DNA of 64,000 nt, taken from contig NC_042997.1 of the NCBI RefSeq assembly GCF_006345805.1, positions 49,414,001-49,478,000 on the forward strand. The letters run 5' to 3'. Made by a program: the position numbers and the translations under genes. The notes under the pieces were generated by a model that was not told where the DNA came from, searched no databases, and was given only the letters and a program-made list of their open reading frames with translations. The DNA is from Octopus sinensis. Its lineage: Eukaryota. Position 1 is the first letter of the stretch, and each line of letters opens with the position of its first letter. Below are positions 24,980 through 38,429 of the stretch, piece by piece.

Positions 24980-25241
24980 GGTGCCCCAGCGTGTAAAAGA
25001 ATAAAATATACTCACACAAAAGCAGACACATACTCACTCACACACACACATACACGCACATATAATTTATATATTCATGAATGAAATTAGCGGAGAACTG
25101 ACAAAGAATCGCATGACATCCAAAACCGTCAAGACTTCTGTTCCAAAACACGAATTTAGATCGTATACATTGTATTAAACACACAAAAGCTATGGAGGCA
25201 TATTAGAAGCTAGCGCGCGAATAGCTGTGTGTGAAGTTGTT

Positions 25242-25277
<36 letters not shown>

Positions 25278-26023
25278 TATATGAGCGCAGGTGCGGTTGA
25301 CAGTTTATGATGTGCTTCGAAATCTTGAATTTACGGATTTGAAACCATTGTGAGGCACCGGGGGTGTCCGTTGGGTAGACTGTGCCTGAAATATGAAAAA
25401 AAGAGTCGGCTTTGTCAAGTAGATTATGATGATAAAATTAAGAGTACAAGTCCCTGTAAAATTACTAAGCCACCTTACATTATAGTACAATGAATGGGAA
25501 GTTCAGCTGTTCGAACAACTGGAATGCTCTCAATTGAAACTGACGCGAGAATTACCACTCATTTCATTCGTACGTCTCTATGTATGAATGAGAAACGAAA
25601 CCAGTTATCCGTTTATTAATACACTAATAGACACATACAGCCACGCAGCGCCGATTAGAGAAGGTGTCACCCATGATATTTTATTAGGGAATCCGTCGCA
25701 ATAAAAAGAAACAAAACTACCGAATTACACAATACCGTATTTCAAGTGGTCGGTATGATTATGCGCGCGCGCGCGTATTTACAAATGTGTTATCTAATAC
25801 ACATCAATGAATTTGCTTTCCTCATTCAGTGAGTTTTATGATTGGGTCTTCATGCCGATACATTTATATAGATACATATATTGTCAAGCTGTCAACCTCA
25901 CCATGGGGACTTTCTTATTCTAGCAAAAACACACAAAAACCTTCTTGCACTTTGAATTACTTCTTAGGGCAAGCATATTGCTAGGTACCAGCTGCTAATC
26001 TCATTTATACAGACAATAACAAT

Positions 26024-26637
26024 GGATTTGTATACAGATTTAAAAAATAATTATTTGTAACTAAATACTTTCAAACTTCGAACACTGGTAGAATGTGTCA
26101 TATAAAACATGTTTTACTCTTAGCATTTCTGAAAAAAACTTATATTTACGAAGTAATTTCACGTTAAAGTAGTCCTATTTCGGTAATTTCAACCAACCAA
26201 TGACATGTATTCAGCTGAATAAAATTACTGCTGTTGTTTGTTAACAAGAACTTCCGGCGGTGCATATTTCGTTTGTCTCTGTTATTTATGACAACCCTAA
26301 TCCTAAAACCCTAACCCTAACCCTACAACTTTAAAACCAGTACAAACGCACGAACGATATTATAAATAACAGTGACAAACGAAAAATACACCGCCGATAG
26401 TTGTTGTTGACAAACAACAGCAGTAATTTTATTCAGCTGAATACACGTCATTGATTGGTTAAAATTACCGAAATACGAGAAATTTAACGTGAAATAACTT
26501 CGTAAATATAAGTTTTTCTCAAAAATGCTAAGAGTAAAAGATGTTTTATATGACACATTCTACCAGTGTTCGAAGTTTGAAAGTGTTTAGTTACAAAAAA
26601 TTATATTTTAAATCTGTATGTCAAAAGGTAAAGATCC
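26024..26637. mobile_element. Fold-back/MITE with ~260-bp TIRs and a central (CCCTAA)n-like spacer
   Basis: Left arm ATACAGATTTAAAA..GTAACTAAATACTTTCAAACTTCGAACACTGGTAGAATG.. mirrors right arm ..CATTCTACCAGTGTTCGAAGTTTGAAAGTGTTTAGTTAC..AAATCTGTAT..AAAGATCC; telomere-like tract 26293-26325. Confidence 0.9.
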
Positions 26638-27733
26638 GTATACATTCTTAAGTAATCATCGATTAAGTCAGAAAGAGTATATTACTCCAGTAAGAAATGA
26701 TTACCAAAACAAAATCATTCTTATCTCTTATAGTGATACGAATACGTTCATTTCATTCACTTATTACAGCAAAGCGAAAATATTTTGCTATATGTCCACT
26801 TCAAGATATTTTCACATACCTGTTGACAACTGAGATGTGTGAATCAATAAGAAGGAAAGTTTGGAAATATATGAATCTCAAAAGATCGTTAAGACGAAGG
26901 TAAATAATGGATTGTATCATATTTTAGTCAATCGTATTTTTACTGTTTTATTAGGGAGAGAAGAACAGCATTCGCGACCTTTTATATTTCTAGTGTTTCC
27001 GAGACTGATAGGAAGACAAAGAGAAGCAATCCTCAAACTGCAAACTAGGCTTGAGTGCTTGCACCTGAGAAGATGCCGCTAAAGTCTCCCAACGTGCGAA
27101 GGTGCTTAACCAGGCAACGGATTGATTCTACTACGAAGAACTGTGATGAAACAAATACCGGTAGACATTTAGTCCGACGCACTAACAATTCTGCCAGTCA
27201 GCCATCATAGACTGGTACTTTATTTTCTCAATCTTGAGAGGATGAAATGCAAAGCTAACATGTTGCTAATATTAAAATGGAGAAGAATAAGAAAAACCTA
27301 AATTTTCATTGTACTTTCGTCTATGACATTCCTATTTTCCCTCATGAACAACTTCCTCGAATACGTTTTCAGTCAGTATAAGCGCGGTATAATTGTGTTG
27401 TTGTTGTTGTTGTTATTATTATTATTATTAAAAGTGGTGAGATTGGCAGAATCGTTAGAACGCTGGACGAAATGCCTAGCGGTATTTCGACCGTCGCTAC
27501 CTTCTGAGTTCAATAAATTAAGTACCAGTTTTCTTTATTTAATTTTCCTAACATCTTGGCTCTTTACATTTACTTTGGTGTAAAATTAGAAACTTGAGAA
27601 AATCATGGGTTTTCATTGGATCTACTTCTATCAAATTTATATTTTCTTTCATATTCAAATTAACGCACCCTAGAGAAAAGTTCCTCTAACATATTTGCCT
27701 TCTGTGTGATGTGGCATACTTCTAGAGCTGGCA

Positions 27734-28003
27734 GAATAGAGCAGGCATCCTTGTTTGTCCCCTCTATGTTTAGCCCCTTGTGGGCAATGAAGAAATAAGA
27801 ATAGAGCAGGCATCCTTGTTTTTCCCCTCTATGTTTAGCCCCTTGTGGGCAATGAAGAAATAAGAATAGAGCAGGCATCCTTGTTTGTCCCCTCTATGTT
27901 TAGCCCCTTGTGGGCAATGAAGAAATAAGAATAGAGCAGGCATCCTTGTTTGTCCCCTCTATGTTTAGCCCCTTGTGGGCAATGAAGAAATAAGAATAGA
28001 GCA
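27734..28003 (+). repeat. Four tandem 65-bp units made of the SINE A 3' tail plus a 12-nt linker
   Basis: Units start at 27734, 27799, 27864 and 27929; one substitution seen among them; flanked by GGCAGAAT at 27730-27737 and 28004-28011. Confidence 0.95.
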
Positions 28004-28175
28004 GGCAGAATCGCACGCCGGGCGAAATGCTTGGCAGCATTTCGATCGTCCTTACGTTCTGAGTTCAAATATTGCCGGGGTTGGCTTTACCGTTCTTCTT
28101 TTCGGGGTCGATAAATTAAGCACTAGTAAAACAATGGGGCCAATGCAGTCAACTTATCCCCTTCCCAGAAATGGC
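28004..28175 (+). mobile_element. SINE A body whose head is split by the 65-bp array
   Basis: GGCAGAATCGCACGCCGGGCGAAATGC.. continues the GAGCTGGCAGAAT seen at 27725. Confidence 0.8.
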
Positions 28176-28288
28176 TACCCTGGTGGGAAAATTTTATGTC
28201 ATTATTATCATTTATTATTAAAGGTGAAAGCTGGCAGAATCGTCAGTATGCCGAGCAAAATGCTTAGCGGCATTTCCTTTTTCATTTA

Positions 28289-28675
28289 CAAGCAGTATCG
28301 CCCGGCATTGCTCGTGTTTCTTTCGACCCTTTAGAATTGGAATTTTTGAAAAGTAAAAGATTTGCATTATGTAGTTTGTTATTCTCTTTAAGTGAACATT
28401 TTCTGGTTGAAATACACCGAAAAATGGCGACACAGCAGTAAAAAAATCGTAAAAAATAGGGATTTTCATAGAAAAAAAGCCCCTTTTTGATGTAAATAAT
28501 TTTTGGTGTTAACATAGTCCGATTTGAATTTTATCTTCTTCAGAAGGAAGAGCAAGCCTTCTTCTATCATACTCTCAATTTTGGTCAACTTGCGCCGCAG
28601 GGTCTCGGAGGAGATAGTGTTAGTTGAAGGCTACCAAACCTACCATACACAGACAACTTCAACTTTATATAAAGA
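28289..28675 (-). mobile_element. Non-autonomous Helitron truncating a SINE A head
   Basis: 5' TCTTTATATAAAGTTGAAGTTGTCTGTG and 3' GCAATGCCGGGCGATACTGCTTG termini match 10667-11062, but the interior differs. Confidence 0.8.
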
Positions 28676-29532
28676 TTTTTTTTTTCAGTCAGGAGAAAAG
28701 GCAGAACCCATCAGCGTTGTCTACGACTGGTAGAAAGCAAGCAAGAAGATTTTCCTCTACCGGTGACCTAGGCTGAGTGCTTGTAACATGACGAACGGCA
28801 GCTCGCCTTGGTCATCAAAATCTGGCGTTGCCATCCTTTCTCCGGCATTTGAAGTCGCATTAAACTGTGAATCATAGACACAGTAACGTTTTATTAAATA
28901 ATTAATCTGCATTGCAAAATCTGAGATCACACCCTCCACTACTATCATCATCATCATCATCATGGTCATGAACATCAGCAGCAGCAGTATCATCATTGTG
29001 ACCGTCGGCATCACCGTAACCATCGTCGTCATGCCATCGTTGTAGTCATCGCCATCATCACCACATTCCATAACTATGACACATTGCACCGAACGACCAA
29101 GCGACATTTCCTCACATTCACCGATGATACCTGATAAATTATATACACTTTTTCTTTCCGTTTTATTCTCCTCTAACCATAATAATGATGACGGCTGGTG
29201 CGGCTGTTATTGACTTGACGACTAACGCAGCCACACCTGTTCATTCATCTAAGGGTTGACTGCATTGTTCAGATTAAAATCAGATGTGCTTGAGCAGATC
29301 AAAAGACATTCAAGCGATGACAAACCCGAATGTTGTTTTCTTCCTGGTTAAGAAAGCAGGCGTGCCTCCGTGGTTCAGAAGCTGGCTTCCAAAACATGTG
29401 GTCTGGGTTCAGTCCCATTTGGTTACACCTTGGGCAAATATCTTCTGTTATAGCTTCGGGACGACCAAATAATTCGAAAACGGTAACTAAAAGAAGCCCG
29501 TCGTGTCTATGCTTGCATATACATATATACTC

Positions 29533-29752
29533 TTTTACTCTTTTACTTGTTTCAGTCATTTGACTGCGGCCATGCTGGAGCATCGCCTTTTTAATCGAGC
29601 AACTCGACCCTGGGACTTATTCTTTTGTAAGCCCAGTACTTATTCTATCGGTCTCTTTTGCCGAACCGCTAAGTAACGGGGACATAAACACGCCAGCATC
29701 GGTTGTCAAGCAATGCTAGGAAGACAAACACAGACACACAAACACACATACG

Positions 29753-29808
<56 letters not shown>

Positions 29809-29974
29809 TACGACGGGCTTCTTTCAGTTTCCGTCTACCAAATCCACTCACAAGGCTTTGGTCGGCCCGAGGCTATTGTAGAAGACACTTGCCCAAGATG
29901 GCACGCAGTGGGACTGAACCCGGAACCATGTGGTTGGTAAACAAGCTACTTACCACACAGCCACTCCTGCGCCT
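29533..29974 (-). mobile_element. SINE family B, full length (a degenerate plus-strand head lies at about 29345-29510)
   Basis: Same head, body and tail as 22730-23132. Confidence 0.92.
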
Positions 29975-30090
29975 ATATATATATTTACATATACATATAA
30001 ATACGTCCATGTATACACGCACACACACACTCACACACTCTCTCACACACACACACTCACACACACACACACACACACTCACACCACACA

Positions 30091-30128
<38 letters not shown>

Positions 30129-30407
30129 CACACACCTTAATGTTTTTTTTGGTTCTCTTTGTTTTGGTGAGTGGGAGTATAAGTTATGATAAGTGTAATT
30201 TTACATTGAACTGGTCGATTACTCAATACTTTTTGCTGAGTACTAATTTTGTATTCCTTAACAAGAATAGTATTAACATCTGACAGTAACTTCGAAGTTT
30301 TGGTCAGCTAAGCCACCATCGGACTAACAGTCAGATTATAGCTTAGCTGGCAGAAACTATTCGTGTTAAAGAATAGTGTATGTGTGTGTAAGAGAGACAG
30401 AGAGTGT

Positions 30408-30639
30408 ATTTTCTTTACTGCCCACGAGGGGCTAAACATAGAGGGGACAAACAAGGACAGACAAATGGATTAAGTCGATTACATCGACCCAGTGCATAAC
30501 TGGTACTTTATTTTATCGATCCCGAAAGGATGAAAGGCAAAGTCGACCTCGGCGGAATTTGAACTCAGAACGTAACGGTAGACGAAATACCGCTAAGCAT
30601 TTCGCCCGGCGCGCTAACGGTTCTGCCAGATCGCCGCCT
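30408..30639 (-). mobile_element. SINE family A, full length with 8-bp TSD
   Basis: GAGAGTGT at 30400-30407 and 30640-30647; full head, core and GCCCC.CGTGGGCAGTAAAGAAA tail. Confidence 0.92.
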
Positions 30640-31731
30640 GAGAGTGTGTGCATGTGTATGTGTGCGTTTGTGTATACATACATACATACATACATACATA
30701 CATACATACATACATACATACATTCATACATACATACATACATACATACATACATACATACATACATACATACACACTGAAAGATTGCTCTAAAATATAT
30801 GGCGCATTTTATAGATTTGTCTGTTTAAGTGCCATAAATGTATGAAACTAGAAGTAGCCCTTTCGGTTGTGTATTAAACTGATATTTATCTCTTCTGTAT
30901 AGAATACTTATTTTGTTGATCCTACCTCTATTGGACATACATACATACATACATGTGTACATACATACATACATGCATACATACATACATGCATACATAC
31001 ATACATACATACATACATACATACGTGCATACATACATACATACATACATACATACATACATACATACATACGTGCATACATACATGTGTACATACATAC
31101 ATACATACATACATACATACATACATACATGCATACATACATACATACATACATACATACGTGCATACATACATGTGTACATACATACACACACGTGTAA
31201 GTGTGTGTGTGTTTGCGTGCGTGTGTGATTCTGTTTGTACCTCACCATCACTTAACAAGTAACACCCTCGTAACTTAGCAATCCAGCAAAAGAACCCTAT
31301 AGAATAAGTAGAAGACTTAAAATATGCACTGGCGTCGTTTTGTCCGTCTAAGCTTTTCACGTCAGTACCCCAGCATGGACGTACAGGTCAACATGTGCGG
31401 GCCCTTGTGAGTGTTGCCCAAGAAAATTCATACAGGAACACGAAACTACAGCCATAAACACCAGGCCATGCTTTCCAGCGTTTAAAGAAAAACTTAACAG
31501 ATTGCTTCGTCGACTACCTTTCATTTCATAATCTACAACGATCTGAAGTGTGAAACGAATAAATAACATTGTCTTGCCAGTAATCTCGGGGTTTTTTTGT
31601 ACAGATCAAGAAATACAACTTCATTCTGATAAACCATTTGTTCTTGTGGCAATGTATTTTCGAATTATTTACATTCTGTAATCCTCAAAGTTCTGCACCG
31701 GTCGTCCGATTACTTTTGTGCAAAGCTGTGT

Positions 31732-31802
<71 letters not shown>

Positions 31803-32407
31803 TATGTGTGTGTGTGTGTGTGTGTATTTGAGCGTGTGATTGTGTGTGTGTATGTGATTTCCTTATTAACTATTCTCTAACAAACTCCGTTTAACAAAAG
31901 CCAGTTTTGTACTATACTTCTTTTCAATTATCATTGGGTTACTTTAATTTCTTTGCCTGGTGTCATATTTACCAGGTTTTTTGACAGATTATGTATACAC
32001 ACAAACACATTAACATATCTGTGAGAGTGTGTATTTCTCTGTATGTATGTCAGTGCGCAAGCGCATGTGTAAGTCTGTGTTGTATGTGTCCGTACGTGTG
32101 TGAGTGCGCATATTTTTTTGTATGTACATTGTACTTGGCGTATTTCCCTTTTATTCAGAGTGACGAAATTTATCGCTTGTCTTCAAGCATATCAGATCTT
32201 AAGGTGGGAATTGTTTATGAATTTGTATATATATATATACATATGTACGTACGTGCGTAGATTATATGTACATGCGTGTACATATATATATATATTATAT
32301 ATATATATATAATATATATATATGAATAAATATATGTATATATATATATATACATACATATATATATACTGTGTATATATATACATATACATATATATAT
32401 ATATATT

Positions 32408-32468
<61 letters not shown>

Positions 32469-32539
32469 TATATATATGTACATATATATATACACACGCA
32501 CACACACACACACATATATATACATATATATGTACATGC

Positions 32540-32825
32540 AGACAAGATACACTGGCCCAAGAGGAATTGCAATCCCCCAATCAAAACCAGTGCTTGACCT
32601 GGACATTGACATGAACAATGATGCATGTTTCCAAGTGCATATTACCAATTTGGTAATAAAATGCAGACGGCTAGCTGGATGGAGACTCCGAACTTTCAAA
32701 ACAAGAGTAAAGGAGACATTGATTGTCCTTTTGAGGACACACGTCCTCAAGCCACTTGGAGTACTGCTCCCAACTATGATCACCACACAATATAAAATTC
32801 ACGGCGGAACTCGAAGCAATCCTGT
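32540..32825 (+). pseudogene. CR1/L2-type LINE reverse transcriptase C-terminal fragment
   Basis: VLDLDIDMNNDACFQVHITNL..KCRRLAGW.LRTFKTR.KETL.VL.RTHVL, then LEYCSQL..P and ELEAI in a shifted frame. Confidence 0.75.
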
Positions 32826-32859
32826 TGTTGCTATAGCAACCAGTCTGCTTCCTGTCGTT

Positions 32860-33040
32860 CCTTCTTCCTGCTGTTAATGGCTAGTTTCAATTTGTTTATA
32901 AGGAGAGCTTCCATAATTCTGAGCTTGCTCCTGTTGTGTTGGGTTTCCTTGATGGAAACTTTGAAGTTCCGGGTGTGGCACTTCTCGAGGTGTTTCTTTA
33001 TCGATAAAGAAGCAATAATGTCAACATAACACGATAGCAT
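32860..33040 (-). pseudogene. Penelope-like GIY-YIG C-terminal fragment
   Basis: IKKHLEKC..NFKVSIK..SKLRIMEALLINKLKLAINSRKKE resembles the end of PLE endonuclease ORFs. Confidence 0.55.
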
Positions 33041-33339
33041 GTGTTTTAAGCATTTAATAAGTAAAAATGACCAAACATTTTTTTTAAAAACGAGAAAACA
33101 ACACATATTTTTCAGTTTTACGCGTTCCTTATGCATTGAATGCGTTAAAGAAGAGTAAACAGCGCATATCCTAGAAGAATCGACTCTCGTAATGCATTCC
33201 TCCAGTGTGTCGCAGGAAAACACGTAAAATACCTAGACAAGACAAGAAACGGGCGAACAAGCTACACAACAGCTTGACTCATTACTATGGAAACAGGCAC
33301 CAATTTATCTGTGGTTTTCGATTGGCTAAAATTACTCAT

Positions 33340-33970
33340 AATTTGCAAACTTTAAAAGCTTTGCATTTTGAATTCAAATTCTGCAGAGGTAGACATTGCC
33401 TTTCATCTTTTCGAAGTCGGTGAAATAAATACCAGTTGAGTTCGATGTAATCGCCCCCACCCCCAGAAATTACTGGCTTAGTGCTAAAATTTGAAACCAA
33501 TTTAGATCTATATTAAGACGGCGAACAGGTAGAATTGTTTGCCCGCCAGGTAAAATGCTGAGCGGTATTTCGCCCGTTATTACGTTCTGAATTAAAATTC
33601 TGCAGAGGTCGACTTCGCCTTTCATCATTTCGAAGTCGGTGAAACAAGTACCAGTTGAATACTGGGGTTGATGTAATCGACTTACCCTCTTCCCCACCCG
33701 AAATTGCTGATCTTGTGCCAAAATTTGAAACTAATACTTATCTAAATTAAGGTGGCGATCAGGCAGAATCGTTTGGATGCTGTGCAAAATGCTAAGCGGT
33801 ACTTAGTCCATCTTTACATTCTGAGTTCAATTCCACCAAGGTCTCGACTTTGCCTTTCATCATTTCGAGATCGTTGAAATAAGGTACCATATAAGGACTT
33901 GGTTCGACGTAATCGACTTACACCCCACCTTCTCAAAATTACTGGTTTGTGCCAAAATTTGATATCAATA
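33340..33970 (+). mobile_element. Three tandem SINE A copies (tail variant GGCCTTGTGCCAAAATTTGAAAC)
   Basis: Repeated core and tail with similar short spacers. Confidence 0.85.
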
Positions 33971-34395
33971 TCTGTCTACACGGCTTTATGTTAGTGACCT
34001 TGACCTTTCGTTCACATCTTTTTAAAAGCACGTGCTGTTTAGATATTTTGAATTCTGATGCCCCATAGATTAGAAGAACTCGGGTTTCTTTTATGATTTG
34101 TTTCTTTCTTTTGATTTTCTATTAGCATATGAAAAACGAAAGAACCATCTTGACATACGGACCTTTCATCTTTGCTTAAAACCTTAATTTTCCCCAGATG
34201 TATGTTAACAACTATGACAGAATCTAATGACGACAGATCTAAAGTATGTTTTAAAACGTTGCACCAAAGACTGGTTTTAAATCTAAATAATATTTATTCC
34301 GCTTTCATAGAAAGAACTTCAGATCTTTTTTTTAACCGACGTCAAATCTACGGTTCTGGTATTGTTTTGAAAGCCCGATTCGTATACTACTACTG

Positions 34396-34462
<67 letters not shown>

Positions 34463-35025
34463 GGGAGGTGATGAGAGGGGTGGAAGCGATGGCGTTGTAT
34501 GTGATGACGTTACTCAGTACATAATTTTCTTTGAACTACAAGCTTTGTTTCTTAAGACAGACAAAGGAAAGACTTTCTGAAGTTGAAAGCCTTCCAAAGT
34601 AGCAACTGTTCACCGTCAATCAAAAAATATCTGTCTGTAGCGTGTGTTGGTTAGATGGGTGGTGGAAGTAATGAAGGGAATAAATTCACGGTCACCCGTC
34701 CTCACCTATTGTGTGTATTGTGTGGTTTATGCGAATGTGTGTCTGTATGAGTGTGTACCAGTGACAGCGAGCGAGAGAAAGAGAGAGAGAGAGAGAGAGG
34801 CGGGGTTCCGTTGTTGGTCATATAGACGTTTTATGAGATAGGTTTGGTAAAGTATTCAAGCGTGACAACCTTGAGATATTATTGTACATAATTTTTTTTC
34901 TATATTTATACTGATGGGACATAGCCGGTTCGAGATAAACTCTTGAGACATGGAAGTGCCGTTGGCCGGTCCTGTTCGCGATGCGTCTTGTACAACGAAC
35001 CACGCGCTTGTCCAATGCCCAAGTA

Positions 35026-35740
35026 CCGTAAATCCTCGAGTATAGTTTGCCCTCGAGTATAATACGCAGGGGATTTTTAGGGGGCTGTACCTCTGAAAAA
35101 CCTAAACCTTGTGTATAATAGGCACCCCTTCTCTAACTTCAGTCAAGGAGGTCTATATAACATCCTTGGTTTGTAAAAATGTATACGGTAACGTCCTTTA
35201 TTATTTATTTATTTATTTACTGCCCACTAGGGGCTACACACAGAGGGGACAAACAGGGACAAACAAGTGCGTGACTGGTATTTATTTAATCGACCTCGAA
35301 AGGATGAAAGGCAAAGTCGACCTCGGCGGAATTTGAACTCAGAACGTAGCGGCAGACGAAATACTGCTAAGCATTTCGCCCGGCTTGCGAACGTTTCTGC
35401 CTGCTCGCCTTTGTTATTATTGTATATATAACATAATGCAAACGTGTAGCTTTTTTTGTGCATTTTGTTTGCAGAAAATAAAGAAATAACAGTAACAACA
35501 GTAATAACGTTTAATAAATTATGCTTACTGCAAGTTATGGATAATTCTTTTATGACTTCATTGCTTTCAGGCTTAGCTTAATCTATTTTCGCGCCCGACA
35601 TCACAAAATGCGTCTGAATAAACATTGCCGGACTTTGCCAAGAAAATATTTTACTTTTTTAACCTCGTATATAGTACGCACTAGTGATTTTGACCTTTAA
35701 ATTTTTGGGGGAAATGCGGATTATACTCGAGGATTTACGG
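35026..35740. mobile_element. Non-autonomous Tc1/mariner-superfamily (pogo/Tc2-like) element with a nested SINE A
   Basis: Perfect 19-bp TIRs CCGTAAATCCTCGAGTATA / TATACTCGAGGATTTACGG with TA on both sides. Confidence 0.85.
35200..35412 (-). mobile_element. SINE family A nested in the TIR element
   Basis: Full head to tail AAATAAATAA. Confidence 0.9.
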
Positions 35741-35761
35741 TATTGTTGACTTGTGGAGTTG

Positions 35762-36130
35762 TGAGGTGCATTCTGAAAGTTTTAAAACTTTTTCAGGAGA
35801 GATATTTATTAATTTCAAAGAAGTACAAAACTCTAATCACCTTCGAAGTAGAATCCCCGGACTCCAATACATTTGGTGTAGTGCTCCAGCTACTACGTGG
35901 AAGCCCAGTGGAAATCCTCCAAAGTGAAGGTGTCCATGTCCTTTGTCACAGCTTCCTCCATCTTCTAAATGTCTTCAAAACTACTGCCCCCGAGGGGATC
36001 AACCAAAACTCACAGGGGCTAAGGTCTGAAATGTGGGGAAGGTGAGGGACAAATTTGATGCCCATCTCTCTCAAATAGTTGGTTACCGGAATGGAATTGT
36101 GACAAGCAGTATGTAGTAGGCTGTGACAAG
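35762..36130 (-). pseudogene. Mariner transposase C-terminal fragment with terminal repeat
   Basis: HNSIPVTNYLREMGIKFVPHLPHISDLSPCEFWLIP (YSPDLAP.D motif variant) and ..KCIGVRGFYFEGD*; TIR-like GAGGTGCATTCTGAAAGTT at 35763. Confidence 0.8.
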
Positions 36131-36204
36131 TAGTGTTTAGTTGGGTGCATTCAAAGTACTGTTTCCTTCATTCTAGAATAATAAGTTAGCAGGTCAGCTA
36201 ATTA

Positions 36205-36446
36205 GATATATAGTAAAAGGGATGAAGACTCCTTTCGGTCATGAATGATCATGGGATTTCACCTAGAAAGTTGTCCTCCGAAGCAGAAATCTGCATAACA
36301 GCCTCTCCTCTCCATGCCACCGATGTTATCCAAGGGAAAGGCAAAGGTTGATACAGCTTGGTACCAGTGATGTCGCAACTCATTTCTACAGTTGAGTGAA
36401 CTGGAGCAACATGAAATAAAGTGTCTTGCTCAAGAACACAACTCGA
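36205..36446 (-). mobile_element. Headless SINE with Meta-like domain
   Basis: GTTGTGTTCTTGAGCAAGACACTTTATTTCATGTTGCTCCAGTTCACTCAACTG; tail TAGGTGAAATCCCATGATCATTCATGACCGAAAGG shared with 7716. Confidence 0.8.
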
Positions 36447-37529
36447 CCACAATATATAATAGTTAATAATGCCTCTCCTAAGAAAGACTTAAAATGTAAT
36501 AATGACAATAAACAGTCATTGATGCAAAAGATGACCTCTTATCCTTCAAATTGCTTGCCTTGTGCCTAAATTAGAAATCATTTCTGAAGATGGTAGTTGG
36601 CAAAATCGATACAGAGCCAGGCAAAATAATTTTACACTCTTTTGCGTTCGAATTTCACCAAGGCCCACTTTCGTTATTCCGCAACCCCAAAAAATGAAAT
36701 AGGTGGGAAGTACTGGAGTCGATTTATTCTACTATAACTTCTAACGTAAAATATGTGGCCTTGTGCTTCATTTAGAAATATGCGGTGGTGGTCTGTTATC
36801 TTTTAGCGGAAGAAGCATTAAAGTTGATAAATAGTACAGACGTCAATGTTTGGAAGAGAGCCTACTGATAAGAAGCAAAACAGGATGAAGCACACGTCTC
36901 TTGTAAAAACATTAAATAACGAACACACAACATTCATACACACACACACAGGAAAATAGTCGCTGATTTTTGAGAGAGTAAATGGCAAATACTGACATAT
37001 GACATTTTACAGAATTTATTCAATCGTATACAGTTGTACTTATATATGTTGTAATCTGACAGTTAATTCCAATGGTCCTCAGTCGTTTTGTAGCTCAGTG
37101 ACCCCTTTCACAGAATGGGATTTTTTTTCACAAACGGCCTATCTCCTTTTCATGCATGAGGAAAAAATATTTTAGTGAGTCAGAAGCTAATTTTGTGCAG
37201 TTGTCTATTATCCACATTTTCTTATACGATTCCATCAAACATGTGTTTTCCTTCAGATATTTGTTTGGAGAATTCCTAATATATATCTATATGGCGATTA
37301 CCAAAAAAAAAAAAAAGCAAGGACTTATGAGATGAAATAATAGTGGCCGTTGGTGCATCATCTGTCAAGCTTCTACTAACAGACTACGCAATATTTTAAT
37401 GCTAGTATTTTTATCATGGTAAAGATTTTTTCGAAAATGTATTTAAAATATAAGAATGGCTCTACGTTTAATTATGTGATTTTCTTCAAGCATTGTAGGC
37501 CATATTATGTATAAGTCGGGGTTGTGTCC

Positions 37530-37585
37530 TTATCTTAGTTTTGCTTTCGGCTGTTGTACACTCCAGCTTTCTTCAGGTGTCTTGT
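37530..37585 (-). ncRNA. Degenerate hammerhead, same family as 56678-56723
   Basis: CAAGACAC-CTGAAGA-AAGCTGGAGTGTACAACAGCC-GAAA-GC; stem III and the 3' arm of stem I are lost. Confidence 0.5.
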
Positions 37586-38429
37586 GATTCACCTTAGTGC
37601 TTTACCTGGGATTGAACTCAGAACCCCTAGATGACGACGCTGCATTAACTAGCGCCTTTATCTACTACGCTATGACCGAAGGCAGAGACAGAGAGAATTT
37701 TTAAGGCTTGTAAGCCTCCACCGAAGGCTTATACCGGATCCATATCGATTGTAGGCCATGTTTTTTGTTTGACTTGCTACAGTGCACTTATGAGTAAAAT
37801 AATCTGGGGAGACTTGCGTTTATGAATTTGGATTGCGTTAGATGTGAAGGGACATTTCTTAGAGGATAATTTCAGCCAACCATCCTGCTATTTCTGTTAG
37901 GTCGGGGTTGAAACACTTGTTCTGACAAGGATACCCAACCTACAACGGGTGGGGCATTGTGCATGTAGATGTGTAGAGTAGTTGAGATTAGACAGTGATC
38001 AATGGATTACCTGATAGGATTATAGATGGTAATGACTTGACAGAGGTTGGATTTGAAGCTGAATCAAAAATCAAGGATTTGTTGAGTGTGTGTCGATTAT
38101 TTCATTAAGCGGTCGGTCAGTATATCAATCAGCTGGGTTCCTCAGAGTCTTTTGTCACCATTCACGATCTGATCAATGACATACCCTAACTACCCTTCAA
38201 GGTCTGAAATTAGATATTCGTGTATGAGTGTGTGCATACCGATCAGAGATGTGCGTAGGGGATGAAAACAACAGCAATCCCTCGACTATCGTGAGTGTTA
38301 CGTTCCCAGACCCCCGCAATTGCTGAAAATCCGCGAAATTGAAACAGTAATGTACTATATTTTTTTCATTATTTTCATAATTTGTATACATTTATTTTAT
38401 TATAAATGCAAAACAACACCAAAGAGGAA

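Noticed and set aside
26293-26325. Telomere or telomere fusion site
   Set aside because: Only about five imperfect units, located inside a TIR element.
27734-28003. CRISPR-like periodic array
   Set aside because: There are no unique spacers, the units are SINE tails, and the DNA is eukaryotic.
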